DNA of 63,892 bases, filler included, from Octopus bimaculoides (taxonomy: Eukaryota), in assembly GCF_001194135.2 (NCBI RefSeq). It is 6 parts of 6 records of this genome, joined end to end, with 100 filler letters (N's around TTAATTAATTAA, not from the genome) between each part and the next. Parts side by side here need not be neighbours in the genome. Positions count along the whole stretch, not along the records: positions 27,580 to 54,002 come from NC_069001.1; positions 54,103 to 57,465 come from NC_069000.1; positions 57,566 to 62,426 come from NC_068990.1; positions 62,527 to 63,892 come from NC_068981.1; 2 more parts are not named here. One strand, given 5' to 3'. Position numbers and translations under genes: made by a program. Shown one piece after another: positions 52,181 through 63,892 of the stretch. How positions within the stretch are numbered: the stretch's first letter is position 1; each line of letters starts with the position of its first letter. Under the pieces are notes generated by a model. It saw only the letters and a program-made list of their open reading frames with translations, was not told where the DNA came from and did no database searches.

Positions 52181-54102
52181 TGGTTTTACATACATGTTGT
52201 TATATGCCTTGTGATGGATGTGTGAACTATATTCTCTTCTACTCTAGGTACAAGACCAAAAATTTTGGGGGAGGGGACCAGTCAATTAGATCGACCCAGT
52301 GTGCAACTGGTACTTAATTTATTGACCCCAAAAGGATGAAAAGCAAAGTCGACCTCGGTGGAATTTGAACTCAGAACGTAAAGACAGACAAAATACTGCT
52401 AAGCATTTCGCCCAGCAATATTGATACATGTTGGAGTTATAAAACTGCTTTTGTTGGAAATATTATAATTAGTTTTTAAAGCTGATTTAATTAACTGTAC
52501 TCATTCCCACAACTGTTCCAACATTGTGTCTATGCTAGACATCATTATAATTAATGAACTAACTAATTAGTCAAGCTGTTAAGCTATTTTGTAAGATATT
52601 TCAACATCTATACAAGAGACAAAATGAAGTCATAAATGAAGTAAATTGTTATGTGACGTCATCAGTCAACAACCTCGTTGGATAAATCCGAAACTGGTAT
52701 AGAAAACTATATATCAGCTACAATACCTCCATATACGACAGGAATGGGATGGGTCAGGGAATTGTGGACGTCTGTGGTTCCCACTGGCTTATTATACAGT
52801 ATGATTTGATTGCTTTAGCACTGAGAAAGTTCTTTCAGCAACACCACTAAAAAAAACAGTAGTTAATTGTGTGATAGTGAACAAAGATATATTCATTTAC
52901 AATAATCATAAATGCAAAGCTATACATTCAAGAATTTTTATTCCATAGATGGAGCTAGTTTCTTTTCTTTTCATGGAAAGGTGGGGAAGGGGGTTGCCAG
53001 AGATAAGGATATGTAGGAAGATAGATACAGATATAGGGATATAGACAGGCAGCAAGAGAGGTGCAGAATTAGATAGATATTAATATTAATAGACTAATAG
53101 ATATAGAGATAGATTCCTTTTATGCCTTTTTTGCTTTTTTTTTTTTTTGTACAGTTCTTGAATTAGGTGAGTCATAAGAAAGCTAGTACAAGAGAGAAAA
53201 GTATTCAGAAACTTCCACTATAGCTACTTAGTATTAAAAGACGACATTATATTAATGGTTGCCCGTAAGGTGTAACTGTGTGAAAGAGTAGAGTTTTACA
53301 GTTTCAACAGAAACAAACTACATAAGTTGGTAGAGGGAGTTAGTTTTAAAGCAGGGATAAAAATATAATTTATTTGCTTCTATAGTGAACTTTGAATACA
53401 ATTTATAGTCAGAATTTCATAGCTTAATTTATATTTAACATACAAAGCAACAAAAACACTATTTTTATATTGCTGCATGGAAAACAACATTAACAATGGC
53501 AACATTGACAGCATAAACAACAGCAGTAACAATTCAGTTGCTTGAGCACTGTATACAATAAGTTCAGTATTATATTTTTGATCAAAAAACAAAACAAAAA
53601 AACGTAAAATTTATTGTTGAACTAGATGCTTCCATTTCCTAATATAATAATAAGCATAGTGTTTTTATATATTTGTGTAAGTATGTATATATATATATCA
53701 TCATCATTATCATCATCATCGTTTAACGTCCGCTTTCCATGCTAGCATGGGTTGGACGATTTGACTGAGGACTGGTGAACCGGATGGCTACACCACGCTC
53801 CAATCTGATCTGGCAGAGTTTCTACAGCTGGATGCTCTTCCTAATGCCAACCACTCCGAGAGTGTAGTGGGTGCTTTTACGTGCCACCGGCATGAAGGCC
53901 AGTCAGGTGGCCACGCTCAAAATGGTGTATTTTATGTGCCACCCGCACAAGAGCCAGTCAAGGGGCACTGGCAACGATCTCGCTCGAAAGTCCTTACACA
54001 TGNNNNNNNNNNNNNNNNNNNNNNNNNNNNNNNNNNNNNNNNNNNNTTAATTAATTAANNNNNNNNNNNNNNNNNNNNNNNNNNNNNNNNNNNNNNNNNN
54101 NN

Positions 54103-54332
54103 AAAAAGTTGTTTTGCACAAGCATTTGTATAGCCAATTAGACGGATGAAATTTACATACACTTAATAATGTTACGCAAAACAGCCTTCATACTTTCCCT
54201 ATTAATTTCATTGTCTTTTGAATTATGAACATATTTACATCATAAGAGTTTTTTCGTTGATTTTCACCTAGCAAGACTTATCGTAGATGGCGTAATAAGT
54301 CACATCCGGACAACGTCGGGTTATACTGCTAG
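54103..54332 (+). mobile_element. Non-autonomous Helitron 3' end
   Basis: Imperfect subterminal hairpin CCGGACAACGTCGGG, then CTAG followed by T. Confidence 0.55.
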
Positions 54333-55379
54333 TACTCTATAAAATAACATTCGGTTACTGCAACAATTTGGTCGAAAGCATGTTAGAACGCTTTGCAGCT
54401 TTGCGATCAGATCAAATATTGAATAACATTGAATAGTGTAACATTTATATTTTGACTTTGTTAACTGTTTTTTATTGGTATATCTTATAAAATGCCATTT
54501 ATGTTTGCTTTTTGTTTTATTATAAGACGCTTTACATTTACATCCAAAATTACAGCATCCAAATTTTTAACCATGACCTCTTTCGTCCTCTATATCTTAT
54601 TCTTCCCCCGCTTTCCTTCTCACTCTCTCTCCTCTCTGTCGTTATTTCTCTCAGACACAAACACACACACTATATATATATAGTTGAAATTTACAGAAAA
54701 ACGATAGACGAAGGCAGGTGTATAAAAAACAAGCAGATGTATTAGTTTGACGCTTGGGAAGGCGAGAGGTCTCTTGCTTTCGAGCCCACGCTCTTCAACA
54801 GAGAGAGAATACAAAAACTTGTGGATATATATATATATATATANNNNNNNNNNNNNNNNNNNNNNNNNNNNNNNNNNNNNNNNNNNNNNNNNNNNNNNNN
54901 NNNNNNNNNNNNNNNNNNNNNNNNNNNNNNNNNNNNNNNNNNNNNNNNNNNNNNNNNNNNNNNNNNNNNNNNNNNNNNNNNNNNNNNNNNNNNNNNNNNN
55001 NNNNNNNNNNNNNNNNNNNNNNNNNNNNNNNNNNNNNNNNNNNNNNNNNNNNNNNNNNNNNNNNNNNNNNNNNNNNNNNNNNNNNNNNNNNNNNNNNNNN
55101 NNNNNNNNNNNNNNNNNNNNNNNNNNNNNNNNNNNNNNNNNNNNNNNNNNNNNNNNNNNNNNNNNNNNNNNNNNNNNNNNNNNNNNNNNNNNNNNNNNNN
55201 NNNNNNNNNNNNNNNNNNNNNNNNNNNNNNNNNNNNNNNNNNNNNNNNNNNNNNNNNNNNNNNNNNNNNNNNNNNNNNNNNNNNNNNNNNNNNNNNNNNN
55301 NNNNNNNNNNNNNNNNNNNNNNNNNNNNNNNNNNNNNNNNNNATATATATAGGAATGAACGAAATCGCTGCCTTGGCAC

Positions 55380-56410
55380 ACCTGTCAATCAGCGATGCTG
55401 CTTAAATGTCAGCCAGCCTCACCTAGCGACGCTATTTCCCAGTTGGCATGTTATGGCTTTCGAGCCAATTTGAGTCTTTTCGTTTCAACCATTTATAGAA
55501 GCTGGCTTTGTCGACCGCCTCCTGTATCCTCCTTATTACTCTTCCCAGCTCTGAGCTCGAAAATGCAAACCTTCATTTAAATAACGTCACCTTTTTCCTT
55601 TTACTGAAGCTTCTAGCTCCCACTGCCAGGTGGTAATACTCGACAGTCCATTCCTGATCTCCGCACTCTTTGATTCATCTCTCATACCTCTTCTCCTTCT
55701 GCTGTTCTGCATTAGCGATGTTCTCTTCCCATGCCCTGTCAGCTCTAGCATAATTTCAATTTTCTATTCTGTGTTCTATAGGATTAAGTCGGGTCTTTTT
55801 GTTGTTTTTATGTGTGGAAATACTAACAGTCTTTCCAAATCCGTGGTCAGTTCCCAGTATCCCTTCCATCTTTCGTCTGTCTCGTATACTTTATTTGAAG
55901 GCCTGGTGTTATGTTCTTTTCCCTCCTTCTGGAAGTATATCTTTTCGCGCTTTTCCACGTTTGAATACTCTCCCCTATTATATCCCTCGATTTTCTCCTT
56001 GAGTACTGCGCTTACGACACCGAGAACTTGATTGTGACGCCGTGAATATATCTGTCTAGTGCTAGCCTGCAGTTTAACACAACATATCTCACCGTCGCTT
56101 TCTCTCCGCATCTGCTTTCATCAGTTGTTTGCATGTTCCACCGGACTAAATTGGCCGGTGAAAGTAAAACGTCGAAGGTAGACTTGATCAGGAAGCGTGT
56201 TCTTGCTTGTTCCCATGCCCAAAGTTCCTTCCATGAGATTCTGTGACTGACCACATACCCCTCCCATCTCAGGCACTGTCCTTGTTGACTACATTGCACC
56301 AAATGTACATTTCGCCTTTCTTCTTCCTCCCCTATCACTTTGTGTACCACTGCCTCTTTCATTTCTTTCACACTGCTCATGCAAAATGGTTTGAAATTGT
56401 GCAACCCTAG
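55380..56410 (-). mobile_element. Non-LTR retrotransposon remnant with restriction-like endonuclease (HERO/NeSL-like)
   Basis: QQGQCLRWEG...ISWKELWAWEQARTRFLIKSTFDVLLSPANLVRW, YSRRHNQVL, TTKRPDLIL. Confidence 0.75.
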
Positions 56411-56689
56411 ACCGGCTCTTTATTATTCAAATTTCTTCTACATCTTTGCCCTTTGGAATCTGATTCTGAAAGAATGTTTTGTGAACTAGCATACGTTTTT
56501 TAAATACAGATATTGTCTTACAAGTTGTATGAGGTGGTTGGTATTCAAGATTATTACCTGTCTAGGCATTTCGATTTTTATGTGACTTCATATGTTACAC
56601 ATATCCTGCTTTCTATAACAGAATACAATCGCACACAATACACATCCAATATTTACTGTTGATTTTAGTTTCAATTATTCCTTTTTGAC

Positions 56690-57390
56690 GGTCCTTCTAA
56701 ATTTAGAGCACTGAATCATCTTTTCCACTCAGCCATTGCAACCAGTCCAAACAGCACTTCTCCACTTGTTCCGATCCAGAACATCAGTTTCCCATTCGCT
56801 TTTGTGCATATCTAGTTTCTTCAGCTTTTCCTTCACTCAGTCGTTATACATTTTCCTCAGCTTATGTTGCGGTCACTTACCAGAATTGAGCTCACCATAA
56901 AAATGTCGCTTTGGCAATCGCTCACCTTTCGTTCTAGTAACATGTCCAGCCTATCTCATTTGAGTCAAGCTGACATGTTGTTCAATTGAGTTACAACGTG
57001 CCATGCGCAAAACTTCTGTATCTGGTATGAAGCATTCCCACTTGACTCCCAAGATACGTCTAAGGCATTTTAAAAAAAATCTGTCCAGCACTTTCAAATG
57101 GCGCCAGTGAGTGGTCCACGTATCACTTGAAGGAAGAAGTGCAGTCAATACACACGATTCATAGACACTGATTTTTGTCTACAAAGAAACATCTCTATCC
57201 ACCCGTACTCACTTTTCCAGCTGTCCAAATACAACACTTCCCTTTCCTGTTCGATAGTATATCTCTGCATCCAGAGCACCATACCTTCACAGTACTTCCA
57301 ATGTCAACAAAATTATCGATGACTTCTAATCTTGTTCCATTCACTAAGATGTTTGGTTCAGAATATGATTGTCCTGACACGGGAGTAAAC
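56690..57390 (-). mobile_element. RTE-BovB-like LINE 3' remnant
   Basis: PNILVNGTRLEVIDNF, LKVLDRFFLKCLRRILGVKW, AGHVTR, RLPKRHFYGELNSGKR. Confidence 0.85.
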
Positions 57391-57433
57391 ATTTTAGATC
57401 GCTCATATATATAGGTATATACATACATGCATA

Positions 57434-57465
<32 letters not shown>

Positions 57466-59336
57466 NNNNNNNNNNNNNNNNNNNNNNNNNNNNNNNNNNN
57501 NNNNNNNNNTTAATTAATTAANNNNNNNNNNNNNNNNNNNNNNNNNNNNNNNNNNNNNNNNNNNNAAATTCATTAACAAGATACGAATAGTTGCTAAGGC
57601 GGTGGAGCTGGCAGAATCGTTAGGACGTCGGGCGAAATGCGTATCGGTATTTCGTCCGTCTTCTTGTTCTGAGTTCAAATTCCGCTGAGGTCGTCTTTGC
57701 CTTTCATCTTTTCGGGGTCTATAAGATTAGTACCAGCTGAGCACTATAATGTTTGTGCTGTACATTATCCCATTGCATTCCAACAAATCGGCGTTACCTG
57801 TACAGGTACACGGTATTCCACGTGTCAGGTTTCGAAGTGATCGGTCCGTGTATCAAAGCCACGATCCTGCGAGTATGAGAGCAATACGCTAATCACCAGG
57901 CCATGGCCCTTCACCCCCACCCCCACCCACATACACAAATTGCTTTTAAAACCACAAAGAAATGTTTATGGTATCTGTCTTGGAGGCTCTGCAAATGGAG
58001 GCCAAAGTGAAACAAGTACGATTTTAATATGAAATCTTTATTAGAAGATATATTTTTTTCTTTCCGTTTAAGATATCACTTAAACGTCTATCTCTGACCA
58101 ATTTTGAAGCGCAAACTGTAAAGTAATTTAAAGTATTGCTTTATATAGTATAGAAATAATGACACACCAATCTGGCACATCTCCGACATAACTCAACGGT
58201 GCAGGATATAATCGACATGCTCGCCAAGCCAGAGGTAATAACTCAACTTTTTTCCTACCTGTTTTTACCCTGACTGCTGTACGTTCAGAACAACCACCTC
58301 CTCTGCTAATTATGTCACCTAGGTAACAGAAGCTATCAACTGCATCTAGAAGAATCTATTTCTGGTATGTTCTTACTGCATATTTACTTTTTAAACTTTC
58401 AATGTTTTACCTTTTTATTACTCCGCAATTTGAGACCAGGTGAAATCAGTACAGTTTCAAGTAACAAATAACATTTATTATGAATATATATATTTTTTCC
58501 TCTCTTGTTAATTGAGTTTAAGATATCACTCATACTTCTGCCTCTGAGCTATGCTGAAAGAGTGAACTATTAAGTAATTTAATGCAGTGCTGTGTACACA
58601 GTGGAGGAATAATGGAATAATTAGAAGTGCATTAAGAAAAAAAAAATGAGGTCCATTCACCCTGAAGTCTGACCAGTGCCTCCACACACACAGAAACACA
58701 CGCACATACATTACTGGTCACAATTGGAGATAGTCTTAATGAAATGGTATCAATTTACACCGATCATACACAAGCAGCAACTAAATAGCAATAATTAAAA
58801 CATTACGGACGAGGAGTATATATANNNNNNNNNNNNNNNNNNNNNNNNNNNNNNNNNNNNNNNNNNNNNNNNNNNNNNNNNNNNNNNNNNNNNNNNNNNN
58901 NNNNNNNNNNNNNNNNNNNNNNNNNNNNNNNNNNNNNNNNNNNNNNNNNNNNNNNNNNNNNNNNNNNNNNNNNNNNNNNNNNNNNNNNNNNNNNNNNNNN
59001 NNNNNNNNNNNNNNNNNNNNNNNNNNNNNNNNNNNNNNNNNNNNNNNNNNNNNNNNNNNNNNNNNNNNNNNNNNNNNNNNNNNNNNNNNNNNNNNNNNNN
59101 NNNNNNNNNNNNAACAAAGTGAGGACGTGATACGGATAGTGTTATTGGACGCTCATGAAAGGAAAGAGAGAGTGCATGACGTTTCGGGCGTAGCCCTTCG
59201 TCGGAAAGATGGAAAGTTCGGAGAATGGAAGACGGAGAAAGAGGAAAATGGTACCGATGCCCACGAGGTTACATTGTGAAAAGACCGGAAGAGGAGGTGG
59301 TGGGGGAAAAGTTCTTTCTAAGACAAGAGAGTGAAA

Positions 59337-59380
<44 letters not shown>

Positions 59381-59641
59381 TGGATAGACAGATAGATAGA
59401 TAGATAGATAGATTGCTAGATAGATAGATAGATATAGAAGCTGACATGTAGCCAGGTAGGCAGACAAATAGCTAGCTATCTTGCTAAGTAGCTGGGTAGA
59501 TATATTCCTGACCCAGGCATCCATTATTTAAGACATCGGACCAATGTTCTTCTTTGGTAACAGCCAGAAGCTCATTGGCTGGCTTTGAGGTCGAATCTCT
59601 GACTACTTCAAGACGTTCAGTTAAGCAATCAGGTCACTCAC

Positions 59642-59960
59642 CGAAAATCCGGCTTAATCTGGCACTAATTCGATCCCTTGTATGTGATCTTTGAAACTTG
59701 AGAAAAAAAACGTGATTATCTCTCTCTCTCTTTCTTTCTCTCTCTCTCTCATTTTGTCGCTTTTCTCCCTTTTCTTCTCTTCTCCCGCTTCGTCCACATA
59801 GAAACACACTCGCAAATGGAGATATGTATATGGACAATGGCGTAAACCGAATTGAATTTGAATGCGAATCGCATCAGAGTCGCTGTGAATGCACATGCGC
59901 AAGCATGTGAGTGTATACACTCACACAGACAACCATCGCACTCCCACGCACCCCCACCCC
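59642..59960 (-). promoter_or_regulatory. Candidate promoter and first exon of a minus-strand gene
   Basis: Locally CpG-dense unique sequence, an NRF1-like TGCACATGCGCA at 59890-59901, and a strong minus-strand donor TTTTCG|GTGAGT at 59642/59641. Confidence 0.4.
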
Positions 59961-60094
59961 CCAGACACACACTCAAACATATAATATAAATTTTTTGAGT
60001 AAAAGGTGAGGATGTGAGAGACAGAGACGTAGTTTACGCTTTAAGGAATAAAAAACAAACAAACATTGATACTCATAGATGCAAATATATGTAT

Positions 60095-60144
<50 letters not shown>

Positions 60145-60412
60145 TGTTTGTGTATGTCAGCATACATACAAACATAGATACATACATACGTATATATACA
60201 TATATATATATACGTATGTATATATATACATATATATATATATAAGTGGCAAATATACTTCACCTTGTGTAATTACTGTTAATACCTCGTTCAGAGATTT
60301 AACATTGATTATATATGTATATATATATATATGTATGTATGTATGTATGCATATATATATATATATATATACAAAGACACACATTCATATATATATATAT
60401 ATATATATATAT

Positions 60413-60452
<40 letters not shown>

Positions 60453-61593
60453 GTGTGTGTGTCCGTGTTTGTCCCCCTAACATCACTTGGCAACCGATGC
60501 TGGTGTGTTTATGTCCCTGTAACATAGCAGTTCGGCAAAACAGACCGATAGAATAAGTACTAAGAATAAGTCCCGGGGTCGATTTATTCCAGTATGGCCG
60601 GAGTCAAATAACTGAAACAAATACAATAATACAAAAACAAAGAAAAAAAAAGAACATATAATATATTAGATTTTCAAACAACATTCCTGTGATGCGACAG
60701 AGTTATAATTACACAAAGGTTCTTATATATATAATCGTAGGAAAGGCATGAAGACCACCTATTCATATGAATCATACAATGTCTACTACCAATCCATTGG
60801 AAGATATCATCTCTGTGTAAAATCATGGCGTCTAAACCAACCAACTGTTGGATCTGTTAGCAGAAAACGATGAATTAACATATTGAAGCGATTGTCGTTA
60901 ATAAATATATCTACAAAGATTGCATTTACTTGAGAATGGCATAAATTAATATACATCATGTAATACATTGTTTTTTGTAATATACTATGAGCTGTAATTC
61001 TCTTACCTAACGTTTATGAAATGTATTTCAGATTGAAACAAATCAATTCAAATAAACACACACACACACACACACACACACANNNNNNNNNNNNNNNNNN
61101 NNNNNNNNNNNNNNNNNNNNNNNNNNNNNNNNNNNNNNNNNNNNNNNNNNNNNNNNNNNNNNNNNNNNNNNNNNNNNNNNNNNNNNNNNNNNNNNNNNNN
61201 NNNNNNNNNNNNNNNNNNNNNNNNNNNNNNNNNNNNNNNNNNNNNNNNNNNNNNNNNNNNNNNNNNNNNNNNNNNNNNNNNNNNNNNNNNNNNNNNNNNN
61301 NNNNNNNNNNNNNNNNNNNNNNNNNNNNNNNNNNNNNNNNNNNNNNNNNNNNNNNNNNNNNNNNNNNNNNNNNNNNNNNNNNNNNNNNNNNNNNNNNNNN
61401 NNNNNNNNNNNNNNNNNNNNNNNNNNNNNNNNATATATATGTATATATATTTAGATAGTGAGATAGACTGATAAGCTGACATATAGGTAGGTAGGTAGAT
61501 GGATACATTGATAGATTAATAGATAGATAGAAAGACAGAGACAGAGATAGAGAGAGAGAAAGAGAGAGAGAGAGAGATTTTGTTTGATAGATT

Positions 61594-61643
<50 letters not shown>

Positions 61644-61993
61644 CAGATAGAAAAATAGGTCGATGGATAGGTAGGTAGATAGATAGATGGGTAAATAAAC
61701 AGATAGATAAATGGATAGATAGATAGATAGAAAGATAGGTAGATAGATAGATCGATAGATCGATAGATAGATAAATAGATAGATATGCACAAACAGATGT
61801 GAGAATACATATTTCGATGGGAAAACTCTTTCCCTTTTTGACCGTTCCACCCTCTCACAGCCGGTGGGTGTGGCATCACGGGAAGCTGCCCCATTACGTA
61901 TGCTTCCATATATGGAATACATACCTATATATGGACGAATACGTATATCTGGTGGCGTTGTGTAATAAATGACAACTTTGATATAGTTTACAG

Positions 61994-62035
<42 letters not shown>

Positions 62036-62088
62036 GGAGGAGTCCCTTGCACATACACAAACACATACATGCATTCATACATTCATGC

Positions 62089-62133
<45 letters not shown>

Positions 62134-62395
62134 CATACATACTCAGGTATGTCCCTACATACTTTCCATATATCCATACATACGAACAGGTACATGCATA
62201 CACACACACACACACAGTCGCACACACTAGCACACACACATATATGCTCATGAGTATACGTGTGTGTGTGTGTGTGTGTGTGTGTACGTACAGCACGCAC
62301 ACACACACACACACATACATAGACATATAATTGTATATATATATATATGTGTATATATATACATATATATATATATACATACATACATACATACA

Positions 62396-62426
<31 letters not shown>

Positions 62427-62657
62427 NNNNNNNNNNNNNNNNNNNNNNNNNNNNNNNNNNNNNNNNNNNNTTAATTAATTAANNNNNNNNNNNNNNNNNN
62501 NNNNNNNNNNNNNNNNNNNNNNNNNNGTGTATCGAAAATATCGCTATCAATTTAGAGAAATAATTTGTAGTTTTGGAATCAGTAGTTCTTTGGCTGCTAT
62601 TTCTGAATTCTCAGTATGTTGGAGAAGCAGGTTACTGTCAATCCCTATATATTTATG

Positions 62658-62696
<39 letters not shown>

Positions 62697-62988
62697 CGAG
62701 AGAAAGAGAGCTTGTTGAGAAAATGTCACCACATTTCTTTGAAAGCAAAAAATTCATACGATCACACAAATAATGTAAGAAAAAAAACTGAAGGACTGGA
62801 GCTGAATAAAGTAGACTGGCAAAACGATTAGGTCTTAAGTAGGACAAACTTCTACATACAAATCCAAATCCCAACGGGAACAACTCGACCTTTCATAACT
62901 TCGGAATTCATGAAATATGTACCAGTTAATAAAATACTGATCTGATTAAATCGACTTTGCCGTCTGCAACAAAGTTTACACACACACA

Positions 62989-63034
<46 letters not shown>

Positions 63035-63389
63035 TCTACACACACACATACACACACCCACACACACATGACATGGTTGCTGAACGAATTTCTTAACCAC
63101 ACAGCTTTGTCTCTGCCTATACATACATATATACATACATCACAAATACATATGTATGTGTGTGTGTATATACACAGACAAACGCACACGCATATGTATG
63201 AACGATGTATGTTTAGGCAGAGACAGAGCTGTGTGGTTAAGAAGTTCGTCCCTCCAGCATCCACGTTATTCTAGTGCTAATCTCACTGCACGACATCATT
63301 GGGTTCTACCGTTGCCTCAGATTGGCCAATATCGTATAAGTGAAATTTGTTAAATGGTAACCATGTAAATCGTCATAAATTTATCCATA

Positions 63390-63665
63390 CGTGGTCTGAT
63401 CAATAAATATCCGGTCTGTTTCCATAGTAACGAAGCTAAGGAATGCAGAGTAAAACCGCTTGGCAAAGATTGATCTTGAATTCTGCCGTGCATGCGCACT
63501 AAGTTTTGACGTTCTAGCTCACTTCCGCTATTTACAGCAGTTGTTGGAAGGAAGTGTGTAGCGTGTGATCGTCACATGATGACAGAGAAAGTTGAGCAGA
63601 GAATCTGCATCAAGTTTTGCCAAAAGCTTGGCGATACCTGCTCAGAGGCATATGCAAAGTTTTCA
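63390..63665 (+). mobile_element. Mariner 5' fragment
   Basis: TA|CGTGGTCTGATCAATAAATATCCGG terminus followed by MTEKVEQRICIKFCQKLGDTCSEAY (mariner N-terminal HTH). Confidence 0.75.
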
Positions 63666-63892
63666 AAAAGTTTTCATCATTCTCAACACAATCAAGAAGA
63701 TCTTGTGCAACTGAAACTCGAGTCTATTTTTTTCAACTCCAGTCCATCAGTTTTTTTGTTTGTTTTTTACGTTATTTATAACTTCAGAAAATTTACGTCA
63801 CGGAATAAGATTGGGAAAGTTTCGTTCATGTGTGATCGTATGAATTTTTTCTTTCAAAGAAATGTGGTGACATTTTCTCAATAAGCTCTCTT

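Noticed and set aside
58204-58233. Possible + strand mini-exon DIIDMLAKPE with a gtaata donor
   Set aside because: Weak acceptor, no recognisable homology and no supporting neighbouring exon.
61014-62420. Long ORFs in the track made of YI/CV/TH/LS repeats and X runs (also 20468-21535, 34840-35751, 42797-43259, 54620-55473, 60014-60556)
   Set aside because: They are translations of (TA)n, (CA)n, (GATA)n and (CT)n microsatellites and N gaps.

Overview
This is animal genomic DNA rich in repeats and microsatellites, with many assembly gaps. The SINE families resemble those I recall from Octopus, so a coleoid cephalopod source is inferred, not shown. Two host genes are supported. (1) Five phase-compatible + strand exons (28635-40422) encode part of a CCDC180-like (DUF4455) coiled-coil protein; its other exons were not found. 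(2) A 390-aa alpha-arrestin (ARRDC-like) ORF on the minus strand (43091-44263) has no coding introns and probably lies in a CCDC180 intron. The rest is mostly mobile DNA: a Tc1 element with near-perfect TIRs, mariner, hAT, Helitron, RTE and HERO-like remnants, and several tRNA-derived SINE families. The main structural signal is a young 5'-truncated Penelope-like element (open RT-thumb-GIY-YIG frame, inverted pseudo-LTR) with a type I hammerhead-like fold. A second copy of that fold shows compensatory stem changes, and several short repeats carry variant-core hammerhead-like motifs. Other leads are several inverted repeats that could form dsRNA, a perfect 46-bp palindrome and an antisense Asp-rich frame. 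All assignments are by eye and none were checked against a database.
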